A DNA stretch of 64,000 nucleotides from an uncultured Actinomycetes bacterium (GCA_963725665.1 CAVRZA010000006.1:416001-480000); one strand, 5' to 3'; positions 13,146 through 25,396 are shown, numbered from the stretch's first letter. The notes: generated from the letters alone by a model not told the origin. Program-made: numbers and translations.

Positions 13146-14066
13146 CTACCGGACCTCCACCATGCGCTCGACGGCGAGCAGGGCCCGCTCGCGGATCCGC
13201 GCCGGCACGGTGATCTCGTTCACGCCCTCGTCCAGCGCCGCGATCGCCTTGTCAAGCGTGGTGAGCTTCATGTTCGGGCAGTAGGCGCGTCGCGAGGCCA
13301 CGACGAAGGTGCGCTCCGGATAGAGCTTCTTCATGCGGTCCACGAGGCCGATCTCGGTGGCGACGATGAAGCTCCGCGCCGGGTCGGTCTCGGGACGGCG
13401 CAGCATCCCCGACGTGCTGGCCACCACGTCGGCGAGCTCGAGCACCTCGTGAGGGCACTCCGGATGAGCCATGACCACGGCGTCGGGGTGCTGCTTCCGG
13501 GCCGCGACGATGTCCTCGGGGTGGATGTCGTTGTGCACGTGGCAGTAACCGTCCCAGATGACCATGTGCTCGTGCCCGCTCTGGCGTCGGACGTAGTCGC
13601 CCAGGTTCTTGTCGGGCACGAAGATGAGCTCCCGGTCGCGCGCGAAGCGGGAGACGACCTCGACGCAGTTGGACGAGGTGCAGCACACGTCAGTCTCCGC
13701 CTTCACGGCCGCCGAGGTGTTGACGTAGGCGACCACGGGAGCGCCCGGGTGCTGCTCCTTCAGAGCCCGTAGGCCCTCGGCGGTGACCATGTCGGCCATG
13801 GGACAGCCGGCTCGGGGGTCGGGCATCAGGACCGTCTTCTGCGGCGCCAGGATGTGCGCCGTCTCGGCCATGAAGTGCACCCCGCAGAAGAGGATGACCG
13901 AGGCGTCCGTGGCGGCCGCCCGGCGCGCCAGCTCGAGCGAGTCGCCGACGAAGTCGGCGGCCTCCTGGACCTCGAGTCGCTGGTAGTTGTGCGCGAGGAT
14001 GACCGCATCGCGCTCCGCCGCCAGCCGCCTCAGCTCCGCCTGCTCTTCGAAGAACCGGTCTGCCAC
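13146..14066 (-). CDS. nadA: Quinolinate synthase
   Basis: LAHNYQ, FCGVHFMAETA, GCPMA, YVNTSA, AHPEC, CPNM; GTG start at 14066. Confidence 0.95.
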   Translation of the reverse strand: MADRFFEEQAELRRLAAERDAVILAHNYQRLEVQEAADFVGDSLELARRAAATDASVILFCGVHFMAETAHILAPQKTVLMPDPRAGCPMADMVTAEGLRALKEQHPGAPVVAYVNTSAAVKAETDVCCTSSNCVEVVSRFARDRELIFVPDKNLGDYVRRQSGHEHMVIWDGYCHVHNDIHPEDIVAARKQHPDAVVMAHPECPHEVLELADVVASTSGMLRRPETDPARSFIVATEIGLVDRMKKLYPERTFVVASRRAYCPNMKLTTLDKAIAALDEGVNEITVPARIRERALLAVERMVEVR

Positions 14067-14077
14067 CTTCGCTCCTT

Positions 14078-14629
14078 CTAGCCCTCGCGGTAGGGCTCCA
14101 CCGACTGCTCGCGTCGCAGCTCCGCCGCCAGCGCGGGAACGTCCACGGTAGTCACGTCGCGGGCCAGGGTCCAGAGATCGGCCAGCGGCACAAGCACGAA
14201 CGCCCGGCGCCACAGGCGCGGGTGGGGCAACGTGAGCCGGGGGTCGTCGCTCTCGACGCCCTCGACCATCAGTATATCGATATCGAGCGTGCGCGGGCCG
14301 AAGCGAACCTCACGCACGCGTCCGGCCTGCTGCTCGACGGCCTGGCAGTGGCGCAGGAGCTCCGGCGGCTCGAGGCCGGTCTCCACGCAGACGACCTGGT
14401 TCAGAAAGGCCGGTTGGTCCTCCAGGTCCTGGGGAGCCGTCTCGTAGACGAGCGAAGCGGCGAGCAGTCGCGTGACGGGGAGCGCGGCGAGCGCCTCGCG
14501 CGCAGCGCGCAGGCTCGCCGCCCGGTCGCCGAGGTTGGCGCCGAGAGAAAGGAAGGCCCTCCTGACCGTGCCGTCGCGGCGGACCTCCAGCGAGCGCTGG
14601 GACTGCTGCTCTGTGCGCGTGTCGTCCAT
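14078..14629 (-). CDS. folK: 6-hydroxymethyl-7,8-dihydropterin pyrophosphokinase
   Basis: LSLGANLG, FGPRTLDIDIL, LPHPRL. Confidence 0.93.
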   Translation of the reverse strand: MDDTRTEQQSQRSLEVRRDGTVRRAFLSLGANLGDRAASLRAAREALAALPVTRLLAASLVYETAPQDLEDQPAFLNQVVCVETGLEPPELLRHCQAVEQQAGRVREVRFGPRTLDIDILMVEGVESDDPRLTLPHPRLWRRAFVLVPLADLWTLARDVTTVDVPALAAELRREQSVEPYREG

Positions 14630-14680
14630 GGCCCTCTAGCATCCGTCGTCGCGGTCCGCCCGTCCAGACGGAGAGTGAGC

Positions 14681-15046
14681 CTACGCCCGGCGCACGACCT
14701 CGGCCCACGCGGCTGCGACCGGGATGCTTACCGGTGGCGAAGGCTTGCGCACGCGCACGCTGACCTCCGAGAGGTGGTGCGCCGCGAAGAGCTCCTCAGC
14801 GATCACCGTCGCGAGCCGCTCGATGAGGTTGTACTCGCGCCCCTCCACGGCCGCCCTCACCGTTTCCGTCACGGTCGAGTAGTTGACCGTGTCGGCGAGG
14901 TCGTCGGTCTCGAGACCGGGATCGTCGCGGGGGACTAGACGCACGTCGACGACGATGCGCTGCCCGACGGCCCTCTCCTCGGGTGTGACCCCGCAGTGCC
15001 CGCGCAGCTCCACGCCGTCGAGTCCTATCGTCACATGGCGGGCCAC
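14681..15046 (-). CDS. folB: Dihydroneopterin aldolase
   Basis: GHCGVTPEER, DDLADTVNY, LIERLA. Confidence 0.92.
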   Translation of the reverse strand: MARHVTIGLDGVELRGHCGVTPEERAVGQRIVVDVRLVPRDDPGLETDDLADTVNYSTVTETVRAAVEGREYNLIERLATVIAEELFAAHHLSEVSVRVRKPSPPVSIPVAAAWAEVVRRA

Positions 15047-15094
15047 AGCCTCCTCCTTGAGCTCGGCAACCTCACGACACGCCGCTGCCGGCCA

Positions 15095-15997
15095 CTAGGC
15101 CGGCGCCTCCTGCGTCCATCCGGCCTCGACGATGGCCCCGGTCACCCGCAAAGCCTCCACGGTGGGGCGCACGTCGTGGACTCGGAACACGGCCACGCCC
15201 TGCGTGAGCCCCCAGACGGTCGTCGCCACCGTGCCGGTCACCCGTTCGCCGATCGGCGCTCCGTCGAGCAGCGCGCCGAGGAAACGCTTGCGCGAGGTCC
15301 CCAGCACGAGCGGCCGTCCGATGCCCGCCAGAAGGTCGAGGTGACGGAGCAGCAGGAGGTTGTGCTCGAGCGTCTTGCCGAAGCCGATCCCGGGGTCGAG
15401 CAGGACCTGCTCCTCACGCACACCGGCGCCGACGGCGAAGACGAGACGCTCCTCGAGGAACGCGCATACGTCGTCGACGACATCGTCGTAGCGGGGGTCC
15501 TCCTGCATCGTGCGCGGCTCGCCCAGCATGTGCATGAGGACGACCGGGCAGCCCGCCTCGGCCACGACCTCCACGAGGCCGGCGTCGGCGCGCAGCGCGC
15601 TCACGTCGTTGACGAGCGCGGCGCCCGCCGCGAGCGCGCGACGCGCGACCTCGGCCTTGAAGGTGTCGATGGAGACGACGGGGGCGTGGGCGGGGCCCGA
15701 CGACGTCGGGGCCCCGCCCACGCCCGATGCCGAGGCGAACAGCTCGTGCAGCGCCTCGACGACGGGGACGACGCGACGCAGCTCCTCGTCAAGCGCCAGT
15801 GGCGACGCGCCGGGACGTGTCGATTCGCCGCCGACGTCGACGATGGCCGCCCCTTCGCGCACCAGGCACCGAGCGTGGTCGACGGCGGCGCTCGCCTCAT
15901 AGAAGAGGCCGCCGTCGGAGAACGAGTCGGGGGTGACGTTGACGATCCCCATGACGCACGGCAGCGGCACGGGCAGGTTCGTCGCGGGGAACCTCAC
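15095..15997 (-). CDS. folP: Dihydropteroate synthase
   Basis: MGIVNVTPDSFSDGG, GGESTRPG, SRKRF. Confidence 0.95.
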   Translation of the reverse strand: MRFPATNLPVPLPCVMGIVNVTPDSFSDGGLFYEASAAVDHARCLVREGAAIVDVGGESTRPGASPLALDEELRRVVPVVEALHELFASASGVGGAPTSSGPAHAPVVSIDTFKAEVARRALAAGAALVNDVSALRADAGLVEVVAEAGCPVVLMHMLGEPRTMQEDPRYDDVVDDVCAFLEERLVFAVGAGVREEQVLLDPGIGFGKTLEHNLLLLRHLDLLAGIGRPLVLGTSRKRFLGALLDGAPIGERVTGTVATTVWGLTQGVAVFRVHDVRPTVEALRVTGAIVEAGWTQEAPA

Positions 15998-16010
15998 CGG
16001 CCCCTCCAGG

Positions 16011-16577
16011 CTAACGCTCGGCGTTGATAAGTGAGAGCACCTCGGCGCGCGTCGCCGGGTTCGACTGGATGAGCCCGCGCACGGCGCTCGTGACCGTTCT
16101 CGACCCCGGACTGCGCACGCCGCGCATCGTCATGCAGAGGTGCTCAGCCTCGATCAGCACCAGGGCGCCGAGCGGCTCGAGGGACTCCTCGAGGGCGTCG
16201 GCCACCTGCGACGTAATGCGCTCCTGAAGCTGCGGGCGCGCCGCCACGGTGCGTACCAGCCGGGCCAGCTTGGAGAGGCCAGTGATGCGGCCCGCCGCGC
16301 TGGGGATGTAGGCGACGTGGGCTTTGCCGATGAAGGGCAGCAGGTGGTGCTCGCAGACCGAGTAGAAGGCGATGTCCTTGATGAGCACCACCTCGCGGTG
16401 GTGGTCGCCGGGCATCGAGACGAGGAGCTCTCGTGGGTCGGCGGTGAGGCCGAAGAAGATCTCCTCGTACATGTCGGCGACCCGCCGGGGCGTGTCGATG
16501 AGCCCGGGGCGCGCTCGATCCTCGCCGATGCCATCGAGGATGAGGCGTACCCCCTCCTCGATCTTCGCCTTGTCCAC
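16011..16577 (-). CDS. folE: GTP cyclohydrolase I
   Basis: [28 protein letters not shown]. Confidence 0.96.
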   Translation of the reverse strand: MDKAKIEEGVRLILDGIGEDRARPGLIDTPRRVADMYEEIFFGLTADPRELLVSMPGDHHREVVLIKDIAFYSVCEHHLLPFIGKAHVAYIPSAAGRITGLSKLARLVRTVAARPQLQERITSQVADALEESLEPLGALVLIEAEHLCMTMRGVRSPGSRTVTSAVRGLIQSNPATRAEVLSLINAER

Positions 16578-16605
16578 GGATGCGCCCGGAAGGCCTGCGA
16601 AGACC

Positions 16606-18550
<1,945 letters not shown>

Positions 18551-18814
18551 TTGCTTCTCTCCTCGCGTGCCGCCCGCGACAGCCTCGCGTCGGTCGCGGC
18601 TAGACTCGACAGTAGCATACCCCCCGGGGAGTCTCAAAGAACCGCGCGTGGCCGCCGGGGGATACGGTGCGCCGCATATACGTACGACGAACCGACGATG
18701 AAGCCTGCCTGGCCGGGTCGCGACCGACAAGCGGCGTCGCCCGCCGAACCGGTCGCTCGGCCGGTCGCAGACGCGGCCTCAAGCCTCTGCCCGTCCGACC
18801 GTGGCGGGTCGTCG

Positions 18815-19381
18815 TCAGAGCAGGGTGTCCTCGGCCTCCGCGAGCTGCGCGATCGCCTCTTCGCGCAGGGATGCCACGTAGTCGAGCGTGCGGTAGCGCT
18901 CGGCGAAATCGAGCCCGTAGCCGACCACGAACAGGTTGGGGATCTCGAAGCCGACGTAGCGGCAGCCGATGTCCACCCGCCGTCGTGACGGCTTGGTGAG
19001 CAGGGCACAAACCTCAAGCGATGCCGGGCGGCGCGAGCGCAGGTTCTTCATCAGGTAGCTGAGGGTGAGGCCCGAGTCGATGATGTCCTCAACGATGATC
19101 ACGTGGCGTCCCTCGATCGTCGTGTCGAGGTCCTTGAGGATGCGCACCACGCCCGAGGAGTCGGTCGAGGAGCCGTAGCTCGAGACGGCCATGAAGTCGA
19201 GCGCCACCGGCACCGCGATGTGCCTCGCCAGGTCGGCCATGAAGAAGACGGCGCCCTTGAGCACGCCGACGAGCAGGAGCTCCTTGCCGACGTAGTCGGC
19301 GGAGATGCGGGCGCCGAGCTCGGCGACCTTGGCCTGCAGCTCCTCCCTGCTCACAAGAACGCTGCCGATCGCCTCGTCCAC
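18815..19381 (-). CDS. hpt: Hypoxanthine phosphoribosyltransferase
   Basis: [23 protein letters not shown]; GTG start follows GGAGG. Confidence 0.95.
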   Translation of the reverse strand: MDEAIGSVLVSREELQAKVAELGARISADYVGKELLLVGVLKGAVFFMADLARHIAVPVALDFMAVSSYGSSTDSSGVVRILKDLDTTIEGRHVIIVEDIIDSGLTLSYLMKNLRSRRPASLEVCALLTKPSRRRVDIGCRYVGFEIPNLFVVGYGLDFAERYRTLDYVASLREEAIAQLAEAEDTLL

Positions 19382-19499
19382 GCCAAAAGCCTCCCTGCTG
19401 TGCCCCGCCGCTCGCGCGGAGCTGGTCACGCTCGGCCCGCCCCGACGAAGTAACGGGCGGGCGCCTCTTCCGCAGTCGGTCTGGTCTCGCCGTCGCCGG

Positions 19500-20916
19500 T
19501 CAGCCGCCCGCCGTGTCCTCCGTCAGACGGAGCACGAGACGGGTCTGCGGGCCGACCCGGAACTCCTCCGCGATCCTGCCAGTCGCGCCGACGGAGGGCG
19601 ACACCCAGGCGAGCGCGCCGTCGATCTCGACGACGACGGCGCGCTCGCGGAAGCCCGCCGGGACCTTGGCCGCGGCAAGGAACCGCGAAAGCGACACTCT
19701 AGCACTCATGCCGAACGGCTGGAACGCGTCGCCGCGCCGCGGGTGCCGCAGCAGAAGCGATTCGACAGGAGACGGTGAGCGTGAAGAGAGCCTCGCCGCC
19801 GCTCGCGGCCACGGCCGCGACGGGCGGCGCCTCTGCCATCAGCCTCGCACTGAAGCGCCGCTCGCAGAAGGTGGCCGCCGACCCGACGCGCAGGAGCACG
19901 GGCTCGCAGACGTGGGGCAGGCGCCGTCGCGCCACGCGCAGGCGCCCGTACTCGCGCACCGCCTCGTACCCCCCCGGCAAGCTCAGCTTGCGCGAGCCAG
20001 TGGTCGCCTTGACGAGGTCGCCGAGGGCGACGAGAAGGCGACGCTCGACGAGCGCCTCCTCGCCGTAGATGCCCTGCAGCAGGCGGCGCAGGCACAGCGC
20101 GCGCAGGGCGGGCGGCTCTTGGGCGAGGGCGGCGACGTCGAGGACGTCGCCGCCCTCGCCCACGGCCACCCGCCCCCACGCCTCGTCGAGCGCCGCCCGC
20201 AGCACGACCCGCTCCGCGGCGGCGACATCGGCGCCCTCGGCGAGCGTGTCGACGACGGAGGGGTTGATGCGCGCCAGCACGGGAAGCACCTCGTGGCGCA
20301 GCAGGTTGCGCGCGTAGACCGTGGTCGCGTTGCTGACGTCGTCACCGTAGACGATGCCCCCCCTCGCGCAGTACTGCCTGATCTCGGCCGCCGTGAGGCA
20401 GAGGAGCGGCCGCGCGAGGTCCCCCTCGCGCGGCCGCATGCCAACGAGCGAACTGGGCGCCGCGTACTTCGTCAACCGGTAGAGGACCGTCTCGGCCTGG
20501 TCGTCGCGGTTGTGCGCGGTGACGATCGCGACGAACCCCTCGCGCATGCACACGTCGCGCGCCGCGCGATAGCGGAGCTCCCGCGCGCGGCGCTGGAAAT
20601 CGGGGCCCGCCAGCTTGCGCTCCAGACGCACGACGTCGAGCGGCACGCGCGCGACCTCACAGGCCTCTTCCACGATGCGCCGGTCGCGCTCCGAGTCCTC
20701 GCCACGCGTCGCGTAGTCGACGTGCAGCGCCCGCAGACGGAGTCCCAGCCCGAGACGCCGCGACACGCCGGGGAGGAGCGCGAGGAGCGCCATGGAGTCG
20801 GCTCCCCCAGAGAGCAGCAGCAGCGCCTTCTCGCCGGGTCGCAAGAGCCCCGCCTCGCTGACGAAGGCGGCGACGCGGCGTTCGATAGAGGTCGGCGACG
20901 TCGACGGACGAGTCAC
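19500..20916 (-). CDS. tilS: tRNA(Ile)-lysidine synthetase (+1 frameshift near 19775, probably an assembly error)
   Basis: [16 protein letters not shown]; C-terminal [19 protein letters not shown] lies in the shifted frame. Confidence 0.9.
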
Positions 20917-21030
20917 TGGCGGGTCACCGTTCGCGTCGTGTCGAGATCCTGTGCGGACTCGACACCCGAGACCGGAAGGCGGGCTTCCCCGAGCAGTATA
21001 CGCCGCCCCGGGTCGCTCTGAGGTCCGGGC

Positions 21031-21378
21031 TTAGAACGACACCACCCGGTCGGCCGCGCGCACGAGGTCGGCGAGCTCGGTGATCGTGCCGATCCTGACT
21101 CCGTCGATGAGCTCGTCCTCAGCCACGCCACGTGCCTTGCAGCAAGTCCCGCACAAGGTCACGGTCACCGACCGCTCGAGCACCCCTTGCACCATCGCCT
21201 CGACCGAGGCGTGGGCCGTCAGCGGCTCCTGCCCGGCGCGCCCCGTGTGCACGCCGTCGCCCATGAAGAAGAGGTCGACCTCCTCGCCCTGCAGTGCCAA
21301 TGCCTGCACCAGGCGCAGCGCGTTGTAGGGACCCTCGGTCCCGTACGGGGCCGTGTTCACAAGCACGACCGTTGCCAT
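21031..21378 (-). CDS. DsrE/YchN-family sulfur-relay-like protein
   Basis: APYGTEGPYNALRL, FFMGDGV, CGTCCKARG. Confidence 0.85.
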   Translation of the reverse strand: MATVVLVNTAPYGTEGPYNALRLVQALALQGEEVDLFFMGDGVHTGRAGQEPLTAHASVEAMVQGVLERSVTVTLCGTCCKARGVAEDELIDGVRIGTITELADLVRAADRVVSF

Positions 21379-21423
21379 GCCTCCTCCGACTGTAGGTCGA
21401 CTGCTGTCCGCGAGAGTCGCGCC

Positions 21424-22194
21424 CTAGGAGGTCGCCGCCTCCACCTGCGCCTGCTCCGCCGTCTCGCCGGCCTCGCCCGCCGGACGCTCGAAGAGGACCC
21501 GATACACGAGACCACCGACCACGCCGCCGACGATCGGGAAGACGATGAAGACCCAGAGCTGCGAGAGCGCCCAGCCCCCGACGAAGAGCGCCGGCGCCAG
21601 GCTGCGCGCCGGGTTGACGCTGGTGTTGTCGACGGGGATGGAGATCAGGTGGATGAGCGTCAGCGTGAGGCCGATGGCGAGAGGAGCCAGCGCCGCGGGG
21701 GCGCGCTTGTCGGTGGCGCCGTGGATGACGAACAGAAAGAAGAGCGTGAGCACGATCTCGGCGAGGATGACCGCCGCCAGCGAGTAGCCGCCCGGCGAGT
21801 GGGCGCCGTAGCCGTTGGAGCCGAAGCCGTCCGCCAGGCTGAAGCCCTTGGCCCCCGAGGCGATGCCATAGAGGACGGCGGCGGCGGCGATGGCGCCGGC
21901 CACTTGCGCCACGATGTAGCCGAGTAGCTCGCGAGCTGGGAAGCGTCCGCCCGCCCAGAGGCCGATGGAGACGGCCGGGTTGAGGTGGGCCCCGGAGATG
22001 GGGCCGACGGCGTAGGCCATGGTGACGACCGTGAGGCCGAAGGCGAGCGCCACGCCCATGAAGCCGATGCCGATGTTCCCGAGTGTCGCGCTGCCGAGGA
22101 ACTTGGCGGCAAGGACGGCGCTGCCGACGCCGCCGAAGACGAGCCAGAAGGTGCCGAAGAACTCAGCTGCTGCGCGTTTGCCCAATGACGACAT
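21424..22194 (-). CDS. aqpZ: Aquaporin Z
   Basis: Two NPA motifs (HLNPAV, SVNPARS), [24 protein letters not shown]; ATG at 22194. Confidence 0.94.
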   Translation of the reverse strand: MSSLGKRAAAEFFGTFWLVFGGVGSAVLAAKFLGSATLGNIGIGFMGVALAFGLTVVTMAYAVGPISGAHLNPAVSIGLWAGGRFPARELLGYIVAQVAGAIAAAAVLYGIASGAKGFSLADGFGSNGYGAHSPGGYSLAAVILAEIVLTLFFLFVIHGATDKRAPAALAPLAIGLTLTLIHLISIPVDNTSVNPARSLAPALFVGGWALSQLWVFIVFPIVGGVVGGLVYRVLFERPAGEAGETAEQAQVEAATS

Positions 22195-22273
22195 GGTGAA
22201 CCCCCAAAGGAAAGGATGGTGATCAGCCTCCAGTACTACCCGGGCACCGATGAAAGTATTCAACGGACGTACG

Positions 22274-22304
22274 AAAAACAAGAAGGGCGCCCGAACGGGC
22301 GCCC
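22274..22304 (-). terminator. Intrinsic terminator, duplicated copy of the tRNA terminator
   Basis: GGGCGCCC-GTTC-GGGCGCCC hairpin followed by a T-rich tract on the - strand. Confidence 0.7.
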
Positions 22305-22361
22305 CGGAAGGCTTTGGTAGCGGGGGCAGGATTCGAACCTGCGACCTTCGGGTTATGAGCC
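22283..22361 (-). repeat. 79-bp direct repeat (att-like): tRNA-fMet 3' part from the anticodon arm plus terminator
   Basis: Identical to 23669-23747. Confidence 0.95.
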
Positions 22362-22482
22362 GCCCCGGGGCAGCAACCGGGAGTGAGAGCGCAGCAGAGC
22401 TGGTCGCGACGATGCTGGACGCGGCTTGAGGCAGAGGCGGGCGGGCGACAGCACCCGCAAACAGCCCACAGGAGCCATCGAA

Positions 22483-22514
22483 GAGGCCCGCTGCCCTCAC
22501 GGGTGGCGGGCCTC
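22483..22514. terminator. GC-rich hairpin, possible terminator
   Basis: GAGGCCCGCTGCCC-TCAC-GGGTGGCGGGCCTC. Confidence 0.5.
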
Positions 22515-22567
22515 CTGGCGCCCGGTCTTGACCACCGCTTACGTGCGGCGGCCGTCTCTGTTCTTGT

Positions 22568-23161
22568 TCACGCAGCGCTGCACAGCGGGTCTTCGGGATG
22601 CTGCGCGCAGTAGCTCGCCGACACGTGCTCGCCGGGCTGCCGGCGGCGGCGAGCCAGTGCCCACGCGGCGATGACGATGATGAGCGCGGCCGCGGCCGAG
22701 CCGGCAACGATCCAGGTGGTCGTTGAAGAGATGCCGGACGAGGCAGAACCCTGCGCGGTCGCCACGCGGGGCGCGGACGACCCGGCGTTGGAGTAGTAGG
22801 AGCCCCAGGCCCACCCGGGCAGCTGCGCGGCCGCCACGCGGGGCGCGGACGACCCGGCGTTGGAGTAGTAGGAGCCCCAGGCCCACCCGGGCAGCTGCGC
22901 GGCCGCCACGCGGGGCGCGGACGACCCGGCGTTGGAGTAGTAGGAGCCCCAGGCCCACCCGGGCAGCTGCGCGGCCGCCACGCGGGGCGCGGACGACCCG
23001 GCGTTGGAGTAGGAGAAGCCCCAGGCCCACCCGGGCTCGCCGCGAGGCGAACTCGTCGGTGGCGCAGCCTGCGCGGCCTGGACGGCCAGCGCGACGACGA
23101 GCAGCGACAACAGGAGCAGGCCCGCAAGACGCACGAGCCGTGTCTGTGGTGAAGTGTTCAT
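22568..23161 (-). CDS. Hypothetical secreted, C-terminally membrane-anchored protein with four 24-aa Trp/Tyr-rich repeats
   Basis: RBS GAGGTGAGG, ATG 23161, signal peptide ending AQA, 4x PGWAWG(FS/SY)[15 protein letters not shown], TM helix + [15 protein letters not shown] tail. Confidence 0.85.
   Translation of the reverse strand: MNTSPQTRLVRLAGLLLLSLLVVALAVQAAQAAPPTSSPRGEPGWAWGFSYSNAGSSAPRVAAAQLPGWAWGSYYSNAGSSAPRVAAAQLPGWAWGSYYSNAGSSAPRVAAAQLPGWAWGSYYSNAGSSAPRVATAQGSASSGISSTTTWIVAGSAAAALIIVIAAWALARRRRQPGEHVSASYCAQHPEDPLCSAA
22751..23035. repeat. Tandem array of four near-identical 72-bp units (coding)
   Basis: GCCACGCGGGGCGCGGACGACCCGGCGTTGGAGTAG recurs at 22761, 22833, 22905 and 22977. 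Confidence 0.95.
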
Positions 23162-23668
23162 GTCCTCACCTCTGGACGCCGACACTGCCGTCGCGGCAGG
23201 GTCAACGATCTCTTCGAGACGGGAAACCCCGCCGATAGGGGGTCTCTTGCCCGGATAGGCCCGGGATAAACCCTATCTCCGCAGGGTTAACATTTCGGTG
23301 ACCGACCTCGCCCGTGCCAACTCATCGTCCACCTTGCAGGTTGACCGGAGCGCCTTCTAATGTGGCGCCAGACCGGACGTTCTGTGCGTGTGGGCGATGT
23401 CCCTGAACCGGTTACTGGTCATCTTGGGAGGCACGGCGGCTACGCTGCCGAGGCACCGGTTACAGAAGATAGCCGCCCCTCCCGCGCCTCTTCGCACTTC
23501 CCATGCGTCAAGCCGTCGGTCACATAGTCGGCCCACGGAGAAGCGAGGACTTTCCGAGGACTTTGGCTGTTCTGCGCAAGCATGAGGGCGCACCACTCCC
23601 CCTTCTGCGGGAGTTGCGGGCGCACCACTCACCAAGCGGAAAGTGGTGATTACCAGCTAGAAAAAGAA

Positions 23669-23777
<109 letters not shown>

Positions 23778-23792
23778 TCGTAAGGGAAAAGC

Positions 23793-23822
23793 ATGTTACA
23801 ACTTGCGCGCCCCGACTGTAAA
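23793..23822 (-). promoter_or_regulatory. Putative sigma-A promoter of the tRNA
   Basis: TTTACA-18 bp-TAACAT just upstream of the tRNA. Confidence 0.5.
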
Positions 23823-24259
23823 GCCCCAGCTCGAGTGGCTCTCTCGTGAAGCAGCGGATCAGGGCGTGGAGTGCCTTCTCATGCGACGCGAGGGGGCCCC
23901 GCTGAGGCAATGGAGCCCCGCGATCGTCACCCCCCGTCGGCGCAATCGCCACCCCCGAACGCACCCCGGTGGGACTCCACGCACGCCTCATCGGCGTACT
24001 GTCGTTCGGGCTGGGGCGCCGTCCGACCGTAAGCACCGCTCCGGCGTGACGGTGAGCACGCCGGCGTGCGCGACCGTGAGCACGCCGCCGGCGTGACCGT
24101 GAGTACAGGCCGCGCGCGACTGTGCATAACCTCTCCCACGCGGGCGCGCGGACGACGCCCCCGCACCCTGCGCGACTCGATACAAGGGAGCCACCCCCAA
24201 GAGCCGGTCGTTCTCGGTAAAGGCAAGGGCCGCCGGGCCGATACAGGTCCACGAGGAGC

Positions 24260-25396
24260 ATGCTCTCAAGACACGACAAAGGCGGAGCCGTGGCCAGAAG
24301 AGTCGGCGCTGTCGCCGTGGCGGCGGCCGCGTTGTGCTTGATCGCGGCCGCCGCCCTCCTTTCATCGCCGACGCCGGCGGCCGCTGCGCCAGCCGTGAAG
24401 GTGCTGGTCATCGGCAGGTCGCCGACGAGCCTGCCCGAGCTCACTCGCGCGGCCGCCAAGGTCCGCGCTCAGATCCGCCGCCTCGACGATGACCTCGAGG
24501 TGCTCACCGAACGCTACAACGCCGCGCGCGTGCGCCTCGACGCCATCGACGCCGAGCTCACCCAGTCTCGCCTGCAGCTCTCGAGCACGCAGGCGGCCCT
24601 GCAGCGGCAGCAGGAGCTCCTCAGCCGGCGCATGGCCGAGATGTACAAGATGGGCGAGTACGGGTGGCTCGAGGTGTTGCTCAACGCGGGCGGCTTCTCA
24701 GACGCCGAGACCCAGGTCGTCTTCTTCCGCCTCATCCGCGAGCAGGACCGTCTCGAACACCAGCGACTCGAGCAGCTCGCCGCCGAGGTGCAGGCCATCG
24801 AAGCGACGATAGCCGACCGCCGCGAGCAAGCCCTCGAGGTCAAGGCGGAGGTCGACGCCGACCGCGCCCTGATCGAGCAGAAGCTCGCGGCGCGGCAGGA
24901 GATCCTCGACGGCCTCGACGGCAAGATCACGGCCATCCTCGCTCGACAGGCGCGCCTCGAGGCTGCCGAGGCCGCCCGCCTGGCGCGCCTTGCCGGCGTC
25001 GACCTGCGCAGCGTCCACGGCACCCCGGCACAGATCGCCGCCGTGCGCTCCTGCATGCGCCATCTCGGCGTCCCCTACGTCTGGGGCGGGGCAGGCCCCG
25101 GCGGGTTCGACTGCTCCGGGCTCGTCATGTACGTGTTCGCCCGCTTCGGCGTCGTGCTGCCGCACTACGCCGCCAGTCAAGCCACGATGGGCGTGCCCGT
25201 GCCCCCCGACCAGCTCCAGCCCGCCGACCTCGTCTTCTTCGGCAGCCCCGTGCCAGGGGGGATCCACCACGTCGGCATGTACGTCGGCAACGGCCTCTTC
25301 ATCGAGGCGCCGCACACCGGCGACGTCGTCAAGGTCAGCCTCCTCGCGGGGCGGGGCATGACGGCCGCCCGTCGCTACCCCCTGACGCTGCCCTAG
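24260..25396 (+). CDS. Secreted coiled-coil NlpC/P60 (C40) peptidoglycan endopeptidase
   Basis: Signal peptide, long coiled coil, PYVWGG..FDCSGL..HHVGMYVG. Confidence 0.92.
   Translation: MLSRHDKGGAVARRVGAVAVAAAALCLIAAAALLSSPTPAAAAPAVKVLVIGRSPTSLPELTRAAAKVRAQIRRLDDDLEVLTERYNAARVRLDAIDAELTQSRLQLSSTQAALQRQQELLSRRMAEMYKMGEYGWLEVLLNAGGFSDAETQVVFFRLIREQDRLEHQRLEQLAAEVQAIEATIADRREQALEVKAEVDADRALIEQKLAARQEILDGLDGKITAILARQARLEAAEAARLARLAGVDLRSVHGTPAQIAAVRSCMRHLGVPYVWGGAGPGGFDCSGLVMYVFARFGVVLPHYAASQATMGVPVPPDQLQPADLVFFGSPVPGGIHHVGMYVGNGLFIEAPHTGDVVKVSLLAGRGMTAARRYPLTLP

Noticed and set aside
22315-22361. Second tRNA-Met gene
   Set aside because: Only the 3' 47 nt are present; no D-arm or 5' acceptor strand.
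22751-23035. 72-bp array as a CRISPR array
   Set aside because: Units are contiguous with no unique spacers, length is a multiple of 3 inside a coherent ORF, and there are no cas genes.
21424-23127. 567-aa ORF fusing the repeat region to aquaporin
   Set aside because: It reads through the att repeat and terminator in an Arg/Pro-rich off-frame; AqpZ homology starts at 22194.
23830-24259. c-di-AMP (ydaO) riboswitch upstream of NlpC/P60
   Set aside because: Expected from context, but I could not find its conserved blocks by eye; an Infernal scan would settle it.
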